Assembly (NCBI GenBank): GCA_013265495.1
Contig: MU062841.1
Location: 7,155,786-7,219,785 of the forward strand
Direction: 5' to 3'
Source of the DNA: Vicugna vicugna
Lineage: Eukaryota
Length of the DNA stretch: 64,000 nt
The translations under genes and the position numbers were made by a program. Shown in pieces: positions 36,501-51,500 of the stretch. The notes beneath the pieces were generated by a model, which was not told the DNA's origin, did no database searches, and saw only the letters and a program-made list of their open reading frames with translations. How positions within the stretch are numbered: position 1 is the stretch's first letter; each line of letters begins with the position of its first letter.

Positions 36501-39500
36501 CAACTGTTTCCACACTGTATTCATGTCTCCGGATTCCAGCGCCCTGTTGATTAGGGCCACCGATGACAACATCTCCACAGCAACAGAGAGCTCAGGATGG
36601 GTGAGGTTATGCTATACAGAAATGGAGACGGGGGAGAAAGAATAAGGAAAGATATTCTGGAATATGAAGCGAGGTCAGAGTTAACCATAAGGAGTCGGGG
36701 GGGAGGTGGACAGTGGGTGTAGCTCAATGGTGGAGCACATGCTTAGTGTGCACGAGGTCCTAAATTCAATCCCCAGTACCTCCATTAAAAAAAGAAGGAA
36801 AAAAAAATAAACAAAAAAACCATAAGATGTCTAAGTTTCTGGTTAAAAAAAAAAAAATTCTACCCAACTACACCAATAAATGGGTATTTTTACTTCCACT
36901 CCACTTTGCTCACAAACAGGACAGGTTCAGTTAACTTACCTCTGGACTCTGTTGCTGCAGGGTAGCCAGCTCCTTCTGATAAAGATCAGCAGCAAATGCA
37001 TACACCTGGGGCAGCTGGGCTTCAGGATTCATTAGTTCCTGAACAGTCTTCTCCGCGACGCCCTTCTGGATTGCAGCATTAATCGCTGCCACTGCCGCCA
37101 ACCCTGCACAGAGAACAGGAGGTCAGAAATACAGTTGGCTCTGAGAAGCCCTGAGGGGAAGGAGATGTCAATTTTCACAGAATAAAGTTATTTTCTGCGG
37201 ATAAACTATTATCCATGATGTTTGAAGTGGAACTTCCATCTTTAAGAAGCAGCCTCTTTTTCTCCTCCCCCCTATTTTCTTCCCATTCCAAATCATCCTG
37301 CATGCCATCACTGCTCTCTACCTAAAACATCCTTCCCCTGCAGCCCAGCAAACAAAGTACCAGCCTATTAAGCTGCCATTCAAAGTTTTCCATAATCTTT
37401 CCAAACCTCTATCTTACACAACTCAGCCTAAAACACCTACAAAAATTTTATTCTAACCACTATTTCTTAAATACATCTTTCACCTTCTGTTCCTCTGCTC
37501 ACACTTCCTTTTCTCCCTGTTGCCTCTTATCAGGAACATCCTTCTCTATCCTCTTTCATCATCCAAATCTTACCAATCAATCCCTTACGTCTCACCTCCT
37601 CCAGATGTTTCCCTAACCAACTATGACATGCTTACTAGCCAATGTGAGCCTACACTGACTCCAGTTCTACTTTTAAAACTGAAGAAATCGTATTGCCACC
37701 AAAGGTACCTGTTGGTTGACTATGACTAAATAGGCTTAAGGTGGGTTAAGGAGAATCTGAGCATAGACCCCCTCAGTGCTATAAAGCCACTTTCCTCCCC
37801 TCTACTCAATATTTCAGTAGACACCACTGAGAGAACTCTTACTTCTCTGATACTGCTGGGCAGCACTGTTGGCGGCATCCACTCCAGACTGTAGTTCCTC
37901 CTTCTGCAGGGAATCAGCCTGACCATTCTGAGAAAAGCAAAGAACATTTAGATAAAGATCACTCCTGCCTATGCCCCCAGACCTTATAGTTCTCATATCT
38001 CAACAACAGTCACTACGGACAGAGAGCCACAGGCATAAGTGACACCTTCAGGCTACATGCAGCCAAACTGGCAGCCCCAGCTAGAGCCAAAAGCCCTTGC
38101 CAAATCTGGGGTAGACTCATTTTCCAGATACCAGCATGTTAAAAAAAAACATATTTTGTAAAAAGTATCAAAATGTTCTGAGATAAAACATTTACAGAAT
38201 TATTAGCACATTAATGCTGCTTACTCTGGCCAACGCTGGGAATCTGTAAAATGTATACTTGTCCTTACTTAGAAAAAGAAAAAAAAAAAAGCCCCTTATG
38301 CTTGTTCTAAAAAAACACCATATAGTATACTCCCACAAGGTCTATTGTTATTACACAGTAAGTACTTGCCCAGTGTTGGCCAGAGGAAAGTAGGAAGGTA
38401 TGGTTTTTTTAAAGTGGAAATTCCTAAAGTAAGAATGTAAAAATTCAGGTTTTCCCCAATGGCTTTTTAGTTGGGGATTTAAGAGACTGCAAGTGAAGGG
38501 GTGGTAAAATTCAGAGGGAAGGCACTGTTTATTTTAAAAGAGAATTTACAACTCTAAAAGCAAAAGAGAGCTGAAGACAACATGTACTCTACCTGAGGCT
38601 ATTAAACAACTTAATTTACATGCAGAAGAAAAAGGTATACTAGAAAGAAAAAGGCCCCATAAATATCTTTAAACAACAGCATGGGATTCAAATGGATGTA
38701 TATAAACACCTGCAGGTTCAGCTCGGGATATTCTTACCTGTCTCTTCTGCTGTCTATCACTCAGGAGCTGCTTGAGGTACCAGTCACTGTTCTGCTGCTG
38801 CAGTCCTCGAAGGCTCAGAGCTGGTGACTGAAGAACCTTGAACAAGGCCAGTGCAGATCCCTGCTCCAAAGCCAGGTCTACATTCGCTAATGCAGAAAGC
38901 ACTGAGGAAGAAAAAAGGCAAAAGCTTAAGGGAAAACTATGTTAATATTATAGCCTAGAATATTTTTCCTTTCTGCAAATCAATCTTAGTTCCTGATGAG
39001 GGAAATAGAGTTCATATAGCCTTTACTCTGGAGTATCACAGAAGCATGAGACCTTGAGGTTGGAAGAGAACCTTAAAGTCATCAAGCCCAGGGGTTCCCA
39101 AGGTGTTCAGATTGTTAACAGATTCCTGGACCACACGCCTGGCCTACTTAGAAGCTTCCAGATGTACACAGCTTGGCACCAATGTGGGCAGCAACATAGA
39201 GGCATCAATAATGTGAGCCTAAATTCCGTCTAAAATACCAATTCATTGTCCAGACTAAACTACTACACAGGAAAAAGTATCTCCCACAGCAGTTCACTAC
39301 ACCTTTGGATAATTTTGTTTAAAAAAATTTTGTTAACGCTCTCACCCTAGACTTGATACTTGAATACATCCAACCCCCTCCCCCATCCCTGTGACAGTCT
39401 ACTCCTGACTAAAGAGCTTAGTTCCTCCAACTGTTTCTTATACAGCATCATTCTGAATCCCTTCACTACCCTGGCATCTCCTGAACATACTCCACCCAAA

Positions 39501-42500
39501 GCAATCAGAGCCCAGACGCCACGGCTGGTCTGACCACGTGGAGAAGAGGCTCTCTGCACCCTCTCAATATCCTCTATTTCCAGTCACAGAACCTGAGGTC
39601 ACACAAGATCTCTCATATACTATCTGACAGTAAAAATGCAGACTTTCCTTCATCTGAAAATGATAATAAAGTTACCTTCCTCACAGGGCTATTAAGATTA
39701 AATAAAATCATATATATGGAAACATTTTGTATATTGTAAAGTAAATAAGGTTACTACTAGGTTGAAAGTCAGAATAACGTATTTTCTGATTTCAGAAATG
39801 ACAGCTACTGGAAAATCATAATTACTGTATTATTTTCAGTTTCCCTATTTTTAGAAAGGAAAATAGAGTTTCTCCTTCCCATGCCCCACCCACGGATGGA
39901 CATATGATTTTATCACCAAAGTAGCAAAACAAACCAATAATAAAATACTAAAAATCAAAATATTTGGGGGCATAGTAGTACTTATCAGTTTTAAATGTTT
40001 TCATTAGTTAAAAGAAAAGAAAGAAAAGAAAATTAATATAAGCTGTTAGGGGGGAAAAAAACAGTGTAAGAGAAAATGAAGTCTCAAGCTAGAAAGTGGG
40101 GAATGGGGCAGTGGGGAAAAGCAGAACTAATAAATAACACCAAGAGGTAAAAGGATATTAAGGTTAGATTCCTGAGACTGTTTCCTTCTTCCCAACATTC
40201 TTCCCTACACTTTGGCTCACTGATCAGCACACAAAGGTGGTGGCTCCCTGAGTCAAGGCTGCAGGTCTATGTGGCCATTAGTCAACTAATCATCCATTCT
40301 TTCAACAACATTAACTACACAACTGATGTAAACACAGCCGTGAGCAAAACAGACAGGTATGTCCATCCTCAGGGAGATTTGGTAATAGTAGGAACCAGAA
40401 AATAAAATCGGTACAGGTAACAGCCAGGCTTCCTCTAGGTATGCACTGTAGAACCTCAGACTATCTGCCAAGCATGTAGTCAATTCTACTTTTACTAGAA
40501 ACATAATCTTACTACTTAAATATGTAAATATTTAAATGAGCATTTACCAATACTTACACTATAAAGATGATAAAGTTTAGAACATCATTTAAATACTTTC
40601 TCCCACTATGCTTTAATTATCTAACTTGAGTTTTTCTTATTCTACTTGACAAAAAATAAAAACTTTTTCTCATTTTTAACTATTTGGCCTGTGGCTTTCT
40701 TCTGGGGCAGTGTTAATGGCTTCACTGCTGGTTCTCAAGCCCTAAGGAAACAATCTTACCTACAATTACATTAAGACAATTCCTGGGACCTAAAGTCCCT
40801 CTGTCTTCCTAACATATAACTTTCCCTTGTCTCTTACTTTCTCTATTACTAGGAAGAGATTGTCCCTGCATGGGGAATTCTGCCTTATCCTCATCTTCTT
40901 ATCTACCCTAAGAGTCCCAGTGAAGGTCCATGTACAAACCTCAAAGAAAGGTCATCATTTTCTTCTTATTCTAGGACTGCACTTCACACACCTTTGGTTG
41001 CCTTGAAATTACTCATTGTATTGTTCTGACCAAGTTGCTCTGAAATTATTCATTTGCCTACCTACCTTCCTCACTACACTGAAAGCCATTTGAGGGAATG
41101 TTTACTATTTTGCTCCTCTGACCACGTGACAATATGCACAGAACACTTTAAAAACATATACACATGGTTGTTTTCTTACGTGTTGATAACTGATTCTCAT
41201 ATAATTAGCCAGGTAAAGCTATAAAGGTTACAAAATCCCAACCAACATAATAGAGCAAATTTCCTTAGTTAAGCAAGAAGAGTTATTTTATGCACTGTAT
41301 GCAGCAGGAAACATGCTGAACTTTCTTCTCACACAGAGAACTAAGTACAAGGATACTCTGGTTTGTATTTGCTGCCTTAAGTAGTGTTCATACAGACACA
41401 GCACAATAAATGACCCATACCTGAATGGAACTATTACTCTGTTCAGAAAGCCATGACCCTAAATGAACCAGAATAGAACAGTATACAAAGTCTCCTGGTC
41501 AGGATTTATATCCTATGGAGTTAGTAAAATCGTATAAATTCTCACCAGTTATTCAGAGTATTAGTTCAAGTGAGAAATTATGATCTTCAAACGAATAAAG
41601 AGGACACTGGTTACTATTATTAATATTAATATACTATTATTATCTTGAGCAAAACAAGATTATGCCTGGTTGAATCAAATAATCTTTTAGTTCTTCTGGT
41701 AAGTCTTACCCTATGCCAGGAATTATGAGGATTTGAAAAGATGCAGAACTCACAAGTAAACACTATTTTAAGTTTATAAAAATGTCAGAAACAAAAAGTA
41801 AACAATACAAGACAATACATAATTAAATACAAGACTGTGTGGTTTAGCCTATAAATGCTGTAGGAGATTTGAAAGGCAAGTGTATTGTGAGCCAGGACAG
41901 GCACTGAGGTGAAAATTACGCTGAATCTTGAATGATGGGTACAATTTGGATTAGGTAAGAGATGAGGCAAGAGGGCACGATAGTGGGGAGATTACATGAT
42001 TAACAAAAGTGATAATAATATTATTTATTGAGTGCTTAATGAAATACTAGGATATTTACATATATTATCTCATCATTTGCATAACGATTCTATGCCACAG
42101 GTGCCCAATTCCCACAGCTTTTAATATTAGTTTCAAGAGATCAAATCCCAAGTCTGAACCACTCCAGAGCCACTCTTCCTGAGTCACGCACTGAACACAA
42201 TGCATATGGCAAGCAAATAGGCAAATGAATTTCTACAGAGTTGTATGCACAAAATACTGCATAAAGAACTCCGCTAGGCTAGTGACCTGCATTTTGTTTG
42301 GCAAGTAATAAGGAACCAATGCATGTTCTTTAGCAGAAGAGTGACAAAATGAAAATGACACTATCAAGAAGTTAATTTCTCAGAAGTGTATAATATACAA
42401 AAAATCAATATGAATAGTACCACTTCATTTTTGTTTAAATATATGTTTTGAAGGATACGTTAAAAATATCAATACTGGTTATTTCTAGGTGACAGGGGTC

Positions 42501-45500
42501 TAATTTTTAATTTGTTTGTTTCTTTCTGGCTAACTTGAATTACTCTTTAAAAGAAAAATAAAACTATAATATTACTTTAAAATAGAAAAATAAAATCCTT
42601 ATTCAGATTTTTTTTAAAGGGTGCAACAGAGTGAAAGAGTAAAACTCTAGTTAGAAAACTCAGTCTGGAAGTTACAACAGATAAGCAGATGGAGGAGTGG
42701 GAGCCTGCCTGAAGACAATGGTAGCCCAAAGAGAAGATAAATGAACACAAAAGACAGTAAATAAGCAAAGTTCCTAAGCAAACCCACTAATGTCTAAAAT
42801 AAATAAACCATGTCATCAGTCCAAGAATAGATCGACATTCACATTATTCTGTAACATTCCCTTAGGTGCCTGACCCAGGACATACTTACTATTGACTTTG
42901 TTTATATTGCCTTGAATTTCAGCTTGAGTGAGCAGCTCCTCATAAACATCCCTTTCTCTCTCAGAGTTTTCTGTCTGAAAAGGAGTAAAAAATGTAATTA
43001 AATTAGCTCAGGTCTCTAAGAAGACCACAGAAATACAATTGTGCTTTCCCCTCACCATGACAGAACCAAGAGCAAGGAAGGGTATGGCTTAAACCCTTAA
43101 TGAAGAACAAAGTGCAATGCTGCATGACTGAAACTGAACACATAAAAAGCAGATCCACTTGTAAATGACAAGCCCAAGGGTTCTTCCAGAGCCAAGCAAG
43201 AGAGGAAGCACTGGTGAACCCTGCTCTGCTCACATGTGAGCCTGCATCCTTGTCTCAGACCTGAGCAGGGCAGGCACATCCAGGGACCACATCTCAGAAC
43301 CTCTCATTGATTTGCACAAAATTCAAGAAGAAAGTAGAAGTCAAAATGGAATCTAATACCAAAAGACTACATACTGGATAATTTCATTTCATTTATATAA
43401 AATTCTAAAAAAGGCAAACTAAAGTGATAGAAAACAAACTGGTAGTTGTCAGGGCCAGAGACAAGGAGCGGAGGGGAAGTAGAGATTGATTGGTAAGGAA
43501 GACATGGGAACTTTTGGGGTAATAGTTATATAACCAAAGACATTTGTCAAAACCCATCAAATCGTATACTTAAAATAAATGAACTTTATTATATGTAAAT
43601 TATAGCTCAATAAAACTGATCTTAAAAATGAAGTCATAAGCATTCAAAAATAGGCATTTTCTTTAAAGTATGTAATTATCAGAAAAGAGTTACTATGTTA
43701 TTTTGTATGGGACACATTTTCACAAAGATACTTAGTGTAAGAAAGTTTTTTAATGAGAAGTATTTATTTTTTAGCCATTTAAACAATTTTTGTGTTATAT
43801 TCCTTATTCCTTAGGTCTACCAACAAATTCAGATAAATGTTTTCAATTAGACATATTCAGTCTATCATGACTGTTTAAGAAATAGTACAAAGTTTAAATT
43901 AACAAAATGCATTTAAAATTTTTCTGTATGGTACTTGCAGGATAAAACTGACTCTGAAGATAAAAAGGAAATAACCTTTCAGGGTAGTATATTGCTTTAC
44001 ATGTAGACCAAAACTTTAAATGTACCCAAATCCTTCTGGTGAATAATCTTGTTTTCAGTAAGAGTAATAAGAAAATTTAGGTCAACCACCAAGCTAAGTA
44101 TAAATGTATTATTGATTATATACAAAACAAAAACAAAAAACAAACAAACAAAATAAAAAGTGGAGTCAAATCAAACAATGGAAGAATATAAATCAGTTAG
44201 AAAGAACAGGTATTCCATTTTTACCCTGTTTTTAGCATTTGTCATTTTGTCCTGCTTGGCCTGGTAAAGTACATCCTGGTAAGTGGAAGCCAAGGGTTCT
44301 TCAAGATTCACAAGCATGGCATTGGGGTTTCTCAAGGCTGCAAATGTGTCAGCTGGAATTCTACGGTCAATAGCTTCATTAATGGCAATAACGGCAGCAT
44401 GCACTAAAAAAAATTTCAAAAAGTAGAACACTGAGGTTATATAAAGTAAAGGATGTAACTTACACAGTCAAAACAATATTAAAATCCCCTGTTACAAAAA
44501 GAGGCTCCTTTCACAGAGATTCAACCATTGGGGTTAGAAGAGTGGCTCCCCAGATCTTATAAATCTACCCAGTCTTTTCCCTCTGATGCATAAAGCCACT
44601 GCTCTGCCTGTGATCCATGTCTGGATTGCTGAGTTAGAATCTTACAGGGAAATATTCATAAGAGACTCTGCAAGGAGCATTTGAGCATTTGTTATGACAA
44701 TGTTCACCCTTAATCATCATGTAAATACCATCAGAAAATAAGAAACTCAAAAAGGCACTGAAATGTAGAATTCATTTTCTAGTATTTTAAATTTAATCAA
44801 AATCACTCACTTATTTCCAAATAACAATAGCATAGAAGACCGTATAGTAGCATTTAAAACTGTATCTACTGAGCTAAACTTGCTAGCAAAATTCCTAATG
44901 TCCAAGACCATCTTTGCAGTAGTAATCATTGAAAGTGGCAGCAACAATCCCATTTGAACCCACAAAATTCCTCTCTTCTTACACGCAGCTTCATCCACTG
45001 ACAGTTCATTAGCCAGAATGCCCCCGATCTTGCTGAAAGCAGGCATCTGGATCCCGTACTTCTCCAGTTCAATCTTCATGTTGTTGATTTCTTCCTCTAC
45101 AGGAAAGAATTAAGACCCAATCAAGCAAGTTAAGTACCTTTCCATAACTCAGAGAAAGAAACAGATTCCTCAACGGCAAATGTATTGGGTAAAATGGCAC
45201 CTACCTCTTAGGGTTGTTACAAGATTTAAATAATATGTGGAAAGCACTGAACATGATACCTGGTAGACAACATGCACTCAATAGACACAGCAACTATTAT
45301 TAGTATAACCAAGAACACCAAAAATAGCTGTAACGTAAGAATGGCTCTAAAGAAAATAGTTTTCCAAAACTGCCACTTATGGCATTTTCTATAATGAACT
45401 TATGAATGGAGCAGCTTTCTTTTCCCCCTTGATGAATAGACCAGCTTTAAAGGGAGCTCGAACAAGAAGTGACTCACAAGCCAGCCTGTTGTCTTAGTCT

Positions 45501-48500
45501 TTATAATCCAAGTCACTAGCTACTATTAAACAGTTTCATTTCTAAGGCAGGAAGCCAAATTACAAAGAAAATAACATATAAGGATTGGCCCTTGCCCCAG
45601 GACTGGGGAACAAACTTCCCGGGAAGGAAAAAAATATCATGGGTAAAAGTTTTATTACCAATTTTTAAAACTCACAGGCCTACAAAATAACCACTAGGTC
45701 AAAAGATTTACATCCATCTTACTCCTAACCAATACTACCACTGTTCTTTTTCTCCCCAAGCTTCTATCCCTTCAAGCTTCTGACGACAGCAAATACATAT
45801 AGAAACACCCACCCAAAAAAGCTGAAGTTTTTAAATTAGTAGATTGTCATCTTTGTATCATCTCACTCCCCTTTCTTTGCCTACAACAGGTGCTTACTGA
45901 AAGAGAAAGTCTGTTATAAAGTTTTTTCACCATATGAGAACATTTACTGTTAGATGTTGATATTATATTTTATCATTTTACATATCATATCTTAATAGTC
46001 TAATTTACACATAAGAAAACTTAGTCTTATTAATCATACTCATGTCATAACAGAGAATAGGGCCTGAAATTCTAAGTTTAGTGTTCTTTCCACCACACCA
46101 GGAGAAGCAAGCTACTTATGCTTTATCTCTGCTGGCTCAGTATTTTCAAAGCCCTACATCTCTAAGACTGGCACTGTTGACTCTCCAGGCTATTTCCACA
46201 CAACTCAAGCATGTCCTGCCAAGTTTGTAACTTCTTACCTGTGAAGTCAACCTTTCCATATAGGTCTTGGATCTGAGGAGCCAGGCCTAGTTTGAACAGG
46301 TACAAACTAGAAGACACAACATGCAAAAGAGTCAGGCCTCCCAGCTATACTGAGCTGCTGCTTAGTCTCAAGGGGAAAATCAGCATAATGAACAGAAATA
46401 TTCTGAACACAGAGACTCCCAGTACTCTACCATATTACACTTTGTAGTTACAATACTTTACCTCAGAGTCTTTTTTTCAGTTTTACATATCAACCAGGTC
46501 CTAAAAAGTCACCTAATGTAATGCAGAAAGCACTAGACTGGGAATCAGTAGATAAAAATTTAAGTCCCAGTTTAGCACAAATCCAATATGTGAGTAGATG
46601 TTAATATGTTAGCATAATGAATATCACTGAAGTCTCCACTTGTTTACCTCCCAGTGATCAATAAATTTTAAGTAACAATACACTTTAGAAAAGTCCCATG
46701 AAAATGATTCAGACAGCAAATCTTTTTTAAGCTGAATTCATATTACCGATGGAAAAGTTTAACTCAGGTACTTTAAGAGTTTTAAATAAAGTACATATTA
46801 TAAATCTTTACTCTTCAAATAAAAATCTCCTAGACTCTAAGCTCCACGAAGGCAGGGACAATAAAAGTCTTGTTTATCAATGCCTACCCAGAGCCTAGGA
46901 TATATTAATAAATATTAATCAATATTTCAAAGATGGATGGATGGGCCTATTTAATCCCAAAATCAGTTCTTAGAAAGATAAAGCATCAGAGGAAATGGAA
47001 AGGGAGTACACAAATATACTTGGAATAATGAAGAACTGGGGTCTTATCTAGGAGAGGAATGTAGTCTACAAGAGTAATTCAGTATGACGGAAGTACAGTG
47101 ATTATCTCTGGAATAATGTCAGTCAAGACTTTAAAAAAAAAAAAAAAAGACAAGAAGGGAGAAAACTAGGAGATAATGCTTCTCTGTCACTGTTGATCCA
47201 AAAGGGAAATACAGTGAAGCGTGGAACCTGCCTTAAACTCTGTTGTGTAAAGGTAAAGAGGCTCAGGAAGTCAGAAACACTTCCTACCTATCATCAAGTG
47301 TCGCCAACCCACCCTTCAGGAAAAACAATGTAAGGGAGGAAAGAAATCATAAATCACCAACCAGAACACACTGCTGTGTATACACTCTCTAAGCACGAAC
47401 TGCATATTGAAGAGAAATGGAAAACAATAGCAGGCTTCCTCCCATTCTCATTCTGACTCCATGATTGGAAAGGCACAGTTAATTCTTCAATCTCTTCTCA
47501 GGGGGCCTGCGACCCAGGTTACACTGCAGAGAGCACTGGCTACAGACCCAGCAGAGAGGAATTCTGCCAGCTTAGCTTCTGTGCCTGCCAAGTTCAGATA
47601 TTCACTGTAGGTACAGCCTTTACAAGGTTATCAACATAGACCTCACATAACACTAAGCCAACCACAATACTCAGAATTAATCTGATTTTGGCTCAGATAT
47701 ATACATTTGAAATTGCTACATTCTGAAAATTCCCTGATATATTACCTATTTCTAAACAATTATTAAAAATTCTCACGTTACCATTGTTTGTCCAACATTA
47801 TGCTATGTACCTTGGAGGAAAAAAGAGTAAGGTGTGACTTCTGTCTCTAAGTTTAATAAATATAATACGTAGAAAAGATCAAACATATGAAAGAAGCAAT
47901 ATGTAACTTTAAAAAAATGCACAAAAAACAAAACCAAAAACAAACAAACAAACAATCAAACCCAAAAGAGGAGTTTAGACAAAGGAATGAGCTGAAGTCA
48001 TTGGGGAAACTTCACCAAGAAGGTGGGAACTAAGCTGAAACTTGGCTGAATAAACTGAGACAAACACGAAGAGCTGTCTAATAAAACAGAAAGTACCATT
48101 TCCTTTCTCAGCTATAGGACAGAAAATATCCCCTTGAGCTGGAGGAGCGGAGGCAGATTTGTTATAACGTATAATTTTGACACAAAACATTTACCATGAT
48201 TCTATGCCAGGCATCTAAGTACTAGAGACACAAAGATAAAGAACAAAGGAAATAGTTCTTGTCCCTAAGGAGTCCACAAAAAAAAGCAAGTGTAAGAACA
48301 AACAGTAACCACAGTACAATGTAACAAGGACCATACTTGAAGGAAGAGGTATGTTACAAATTGCGAAAGGATCACAAAGATGGTAAGTAGCTAATACTGC
48401 CTGAGAGGGAAAAAGTAAGAGAAGATACTAATCAAGAGGTAGCATTCTGAAGTGGCACCTGGAGAAGAACACAGGTTAAACTGGGGAGGAAAAAAGGTTC

Positions 48501-51500
48501 TTCAGGTGGAAGAAACAGCATAACCAAAGGCACAAGAGTACATGCTTGTTTGGTGAAAATACCAGAGCACAGGTACACAGGAGGGAATGGCTGGAGGTGA
48601 GACTAGAAAGGAACCATCAAAATATTTTATGAATGGACAGAGAATACAGACTTGTGGTTACTGGGGTGGGGGGGGGGGTAGAGGGTGGGAAGGGATAGAC
48701 TGGGATTTCAAAATTGTAGAATAGATAAACAAGATTACACTGTATAGCACAGGGAAATATACACAAAATGTTATGATAAATCACAGAGAAAAAAATGTGA
48801 CAATGAGTGTGTATATGTCCATGAATGACTGAAAAATTGTGCTGAACACTGGAATTTAACACAACACTGTAAAATGATTATGAATCAATAAAAAATTAAA
48901 AAAAAATATTTTATGAAGCATCCAATATGACTAGGGCTGTTTTGGAAAGAGAGCATAGCAGATGGCCCAGAAGGGAGGCAGAAGTTTCCCAGAAGGGAAA
49001 CTTCTAAGGAGGTTAATGTGTTAGTCCACACACGAGATCTATTAGTCCTCATTTATGTCCATTCTTTTGTGGGTTTCACACAAAAGATTCCAATGATACC
49101 AAGGATCCAGCACACGTTTTATCAAGAAACTAGAGACAATAGGCTTCTTATGGGTCAATATTATACATACATTCACATACATAATTAACATTTATTAAAT
49201 ACACATACAGATGCTATATAAAAACAGCAGTCTAAGCAGAGAAATCTCACACTCATGTCCCTTCTCATACTCACTCACTTCTACCATCTTCTGATTTAGC
49301 CCCATAGCCATCAAGCAAACATGCACTGCTCTGAAACACTGTACTACTGGCACCTACTCCCATCCCATCCCACGCTCCCCCTAGACGTATCACCTCTTCC
49401 CTCCAATTTAGTATTTTGTTGATTTTGAGAGCTGGAGACCTGAAATTAAGTCAATTTGTATTGGCATAAAAATTATTTAATGAAGAAATGGCTTGTCAAG
49501 GGCTTAGATAACTAAATAAATTACCATTTGATATTTGCTGGTATTATTTGAAGATGTAGGCAAAATTTAACTGCACTACCAAGAGTATCAAGACATAGTA
49601 TTATTTCATAATTCAGTTTAGCACCTTGAAACAAAATGATAGACAATAAAAGCACTTAAATGTATATAGTTTTTATAATTTTAAGAGATTTTAATTTAAA
49701 AGAAAGCAACTACATTCCAAGCAAAATACATAGTTCATAGGACACTAGTTCAATAATGAAAGATTATATCATGTTTTTAGAAAACAACTTTCTATTATTA
49801 TAGGATTAAATAAATCCTTTCTCCCTACTTCCTAGAAAAATATAGCTGTTCCTCACCATTTTGTTAAGAAAATAGTGTCCTATTCTACTTGAAAATTCTG
49901 AGAAGTGAATGCAAAAACTTTTTCATTATACCTTGGACAAAAACTACATACTCAACTCAGATGTGACCTCTAAACTACTTTTTTTTTAATTGAGATATAA
50001 CTGACATACATTAATATATTAGTTTCAGGTGTGCAACATAACAATATGATCACCATAACAAGTCTAATTAACATCCATCACCACACAGTTACAAATTTTT
50101 TTCTTGTGATGAGAACTTTTAAGATCTATTCTCTAAGCCACTTTCAAATACACAATACAATATTATTAACTGTAGGCACCATGCTGTACATTACATCCCC
50201 AGGGCTTATTATTTTTTTATAACTGGAAGGTTGTATCTTTTGGCCACCTTCACCCACTTCGCCCACTCCCAAATTCCCACCTCTGGTAACTACCAATCTT
50301 TTCTCTGTGTCTATATACTGCTTATTTTATCAAGAAAGTCTAATTACCTAAGTGCATGGATACAGTAGATACATCTTGGCATGTTCTTTCGATCATAGAT
50401 GTCTGTAGTTTCCGGGTAAAAAATCTAAGGAGAGAGAAAAGAAGTAGAGTAAGGTATCCATCCACTAGAGACCATTTAATCGTTCACCAATCATCAGTAG
50501 TACAAGTAAAATTATGGACAATTAGAAAACATTGTCAACATTTGGCCAATAACTTCATTAAGGTGAACAGACATTTCATCATAAGTAATGTAAGGAATAA
50601 AATGCTACAGTACATAATGAAAAGCACTGCTTGGAAAAGCCTTATTTGGTCAACCCACTGAATTTCACTAAGTATGTGAAAGTGATTTACTTACTATAGA
50701 CTCACACATGGGCAAACAAAACCCAAGTTTCAGTGCAGCTCAAAACACTGGCAAACGTATGAGGCTCTGACAGATTGCAATCTTCCTAGTTACTGTCTAT
50801 CACGCTTAGACTGAGTAATAACTCAACAACAAACATTTACTAAGTGGCTCAGTATGTGTAAATCACTACATTTAAATATTGAAAAAAACTACAAAATATT
50901 AAAATGTGTTACAAAGTTTGGGGGAAGTAGAAAGATACACAGACAGATAGAATAGAGGATGTATGTGGGAATGAGAGAGATGGGTAGTTTTCCTTGGCAG
51001 CACATACAGCAATTAATCAATTATGTGTGTTGTAATTATCTGTTTGACTCCTCCTAAGCCACATGAATCCAAGGACCAGGAATATGTTGTTCACTGCTAT
51101 ACCTTCAATGCCAAGCCCAGAGTCAAGGTCATGGAAGGAGCTCTATATTTGATGAATTAATGAATGAGGTAGGATAGGAACAGAGTAGGTTTATATGGAG
51201 AACAGCATTGAATTTCAAGACCTAGTCTTATGGGTAATGCGGCACTATACAACCCAATCTGTAATTCAGAGAAAAAAAAGAATAACAGTGGATTAGAAAA
51301 GCAGAAGACTGAATTATGAGGTGATCAGCAGAACTTGGATGAGCAATAAAATGCCTTAACTAAGGCAGTGAGAAGACTACTACAGCACTTCATATCTAAC
51401 TCTATTAGAGCACTTAACACACTGTGTTTAATTACTTGTTTTTATGTTCATTCCCCTCACAATAGCTATGGCTTCCGATGAGAAAGAACTGCACCCCCCG

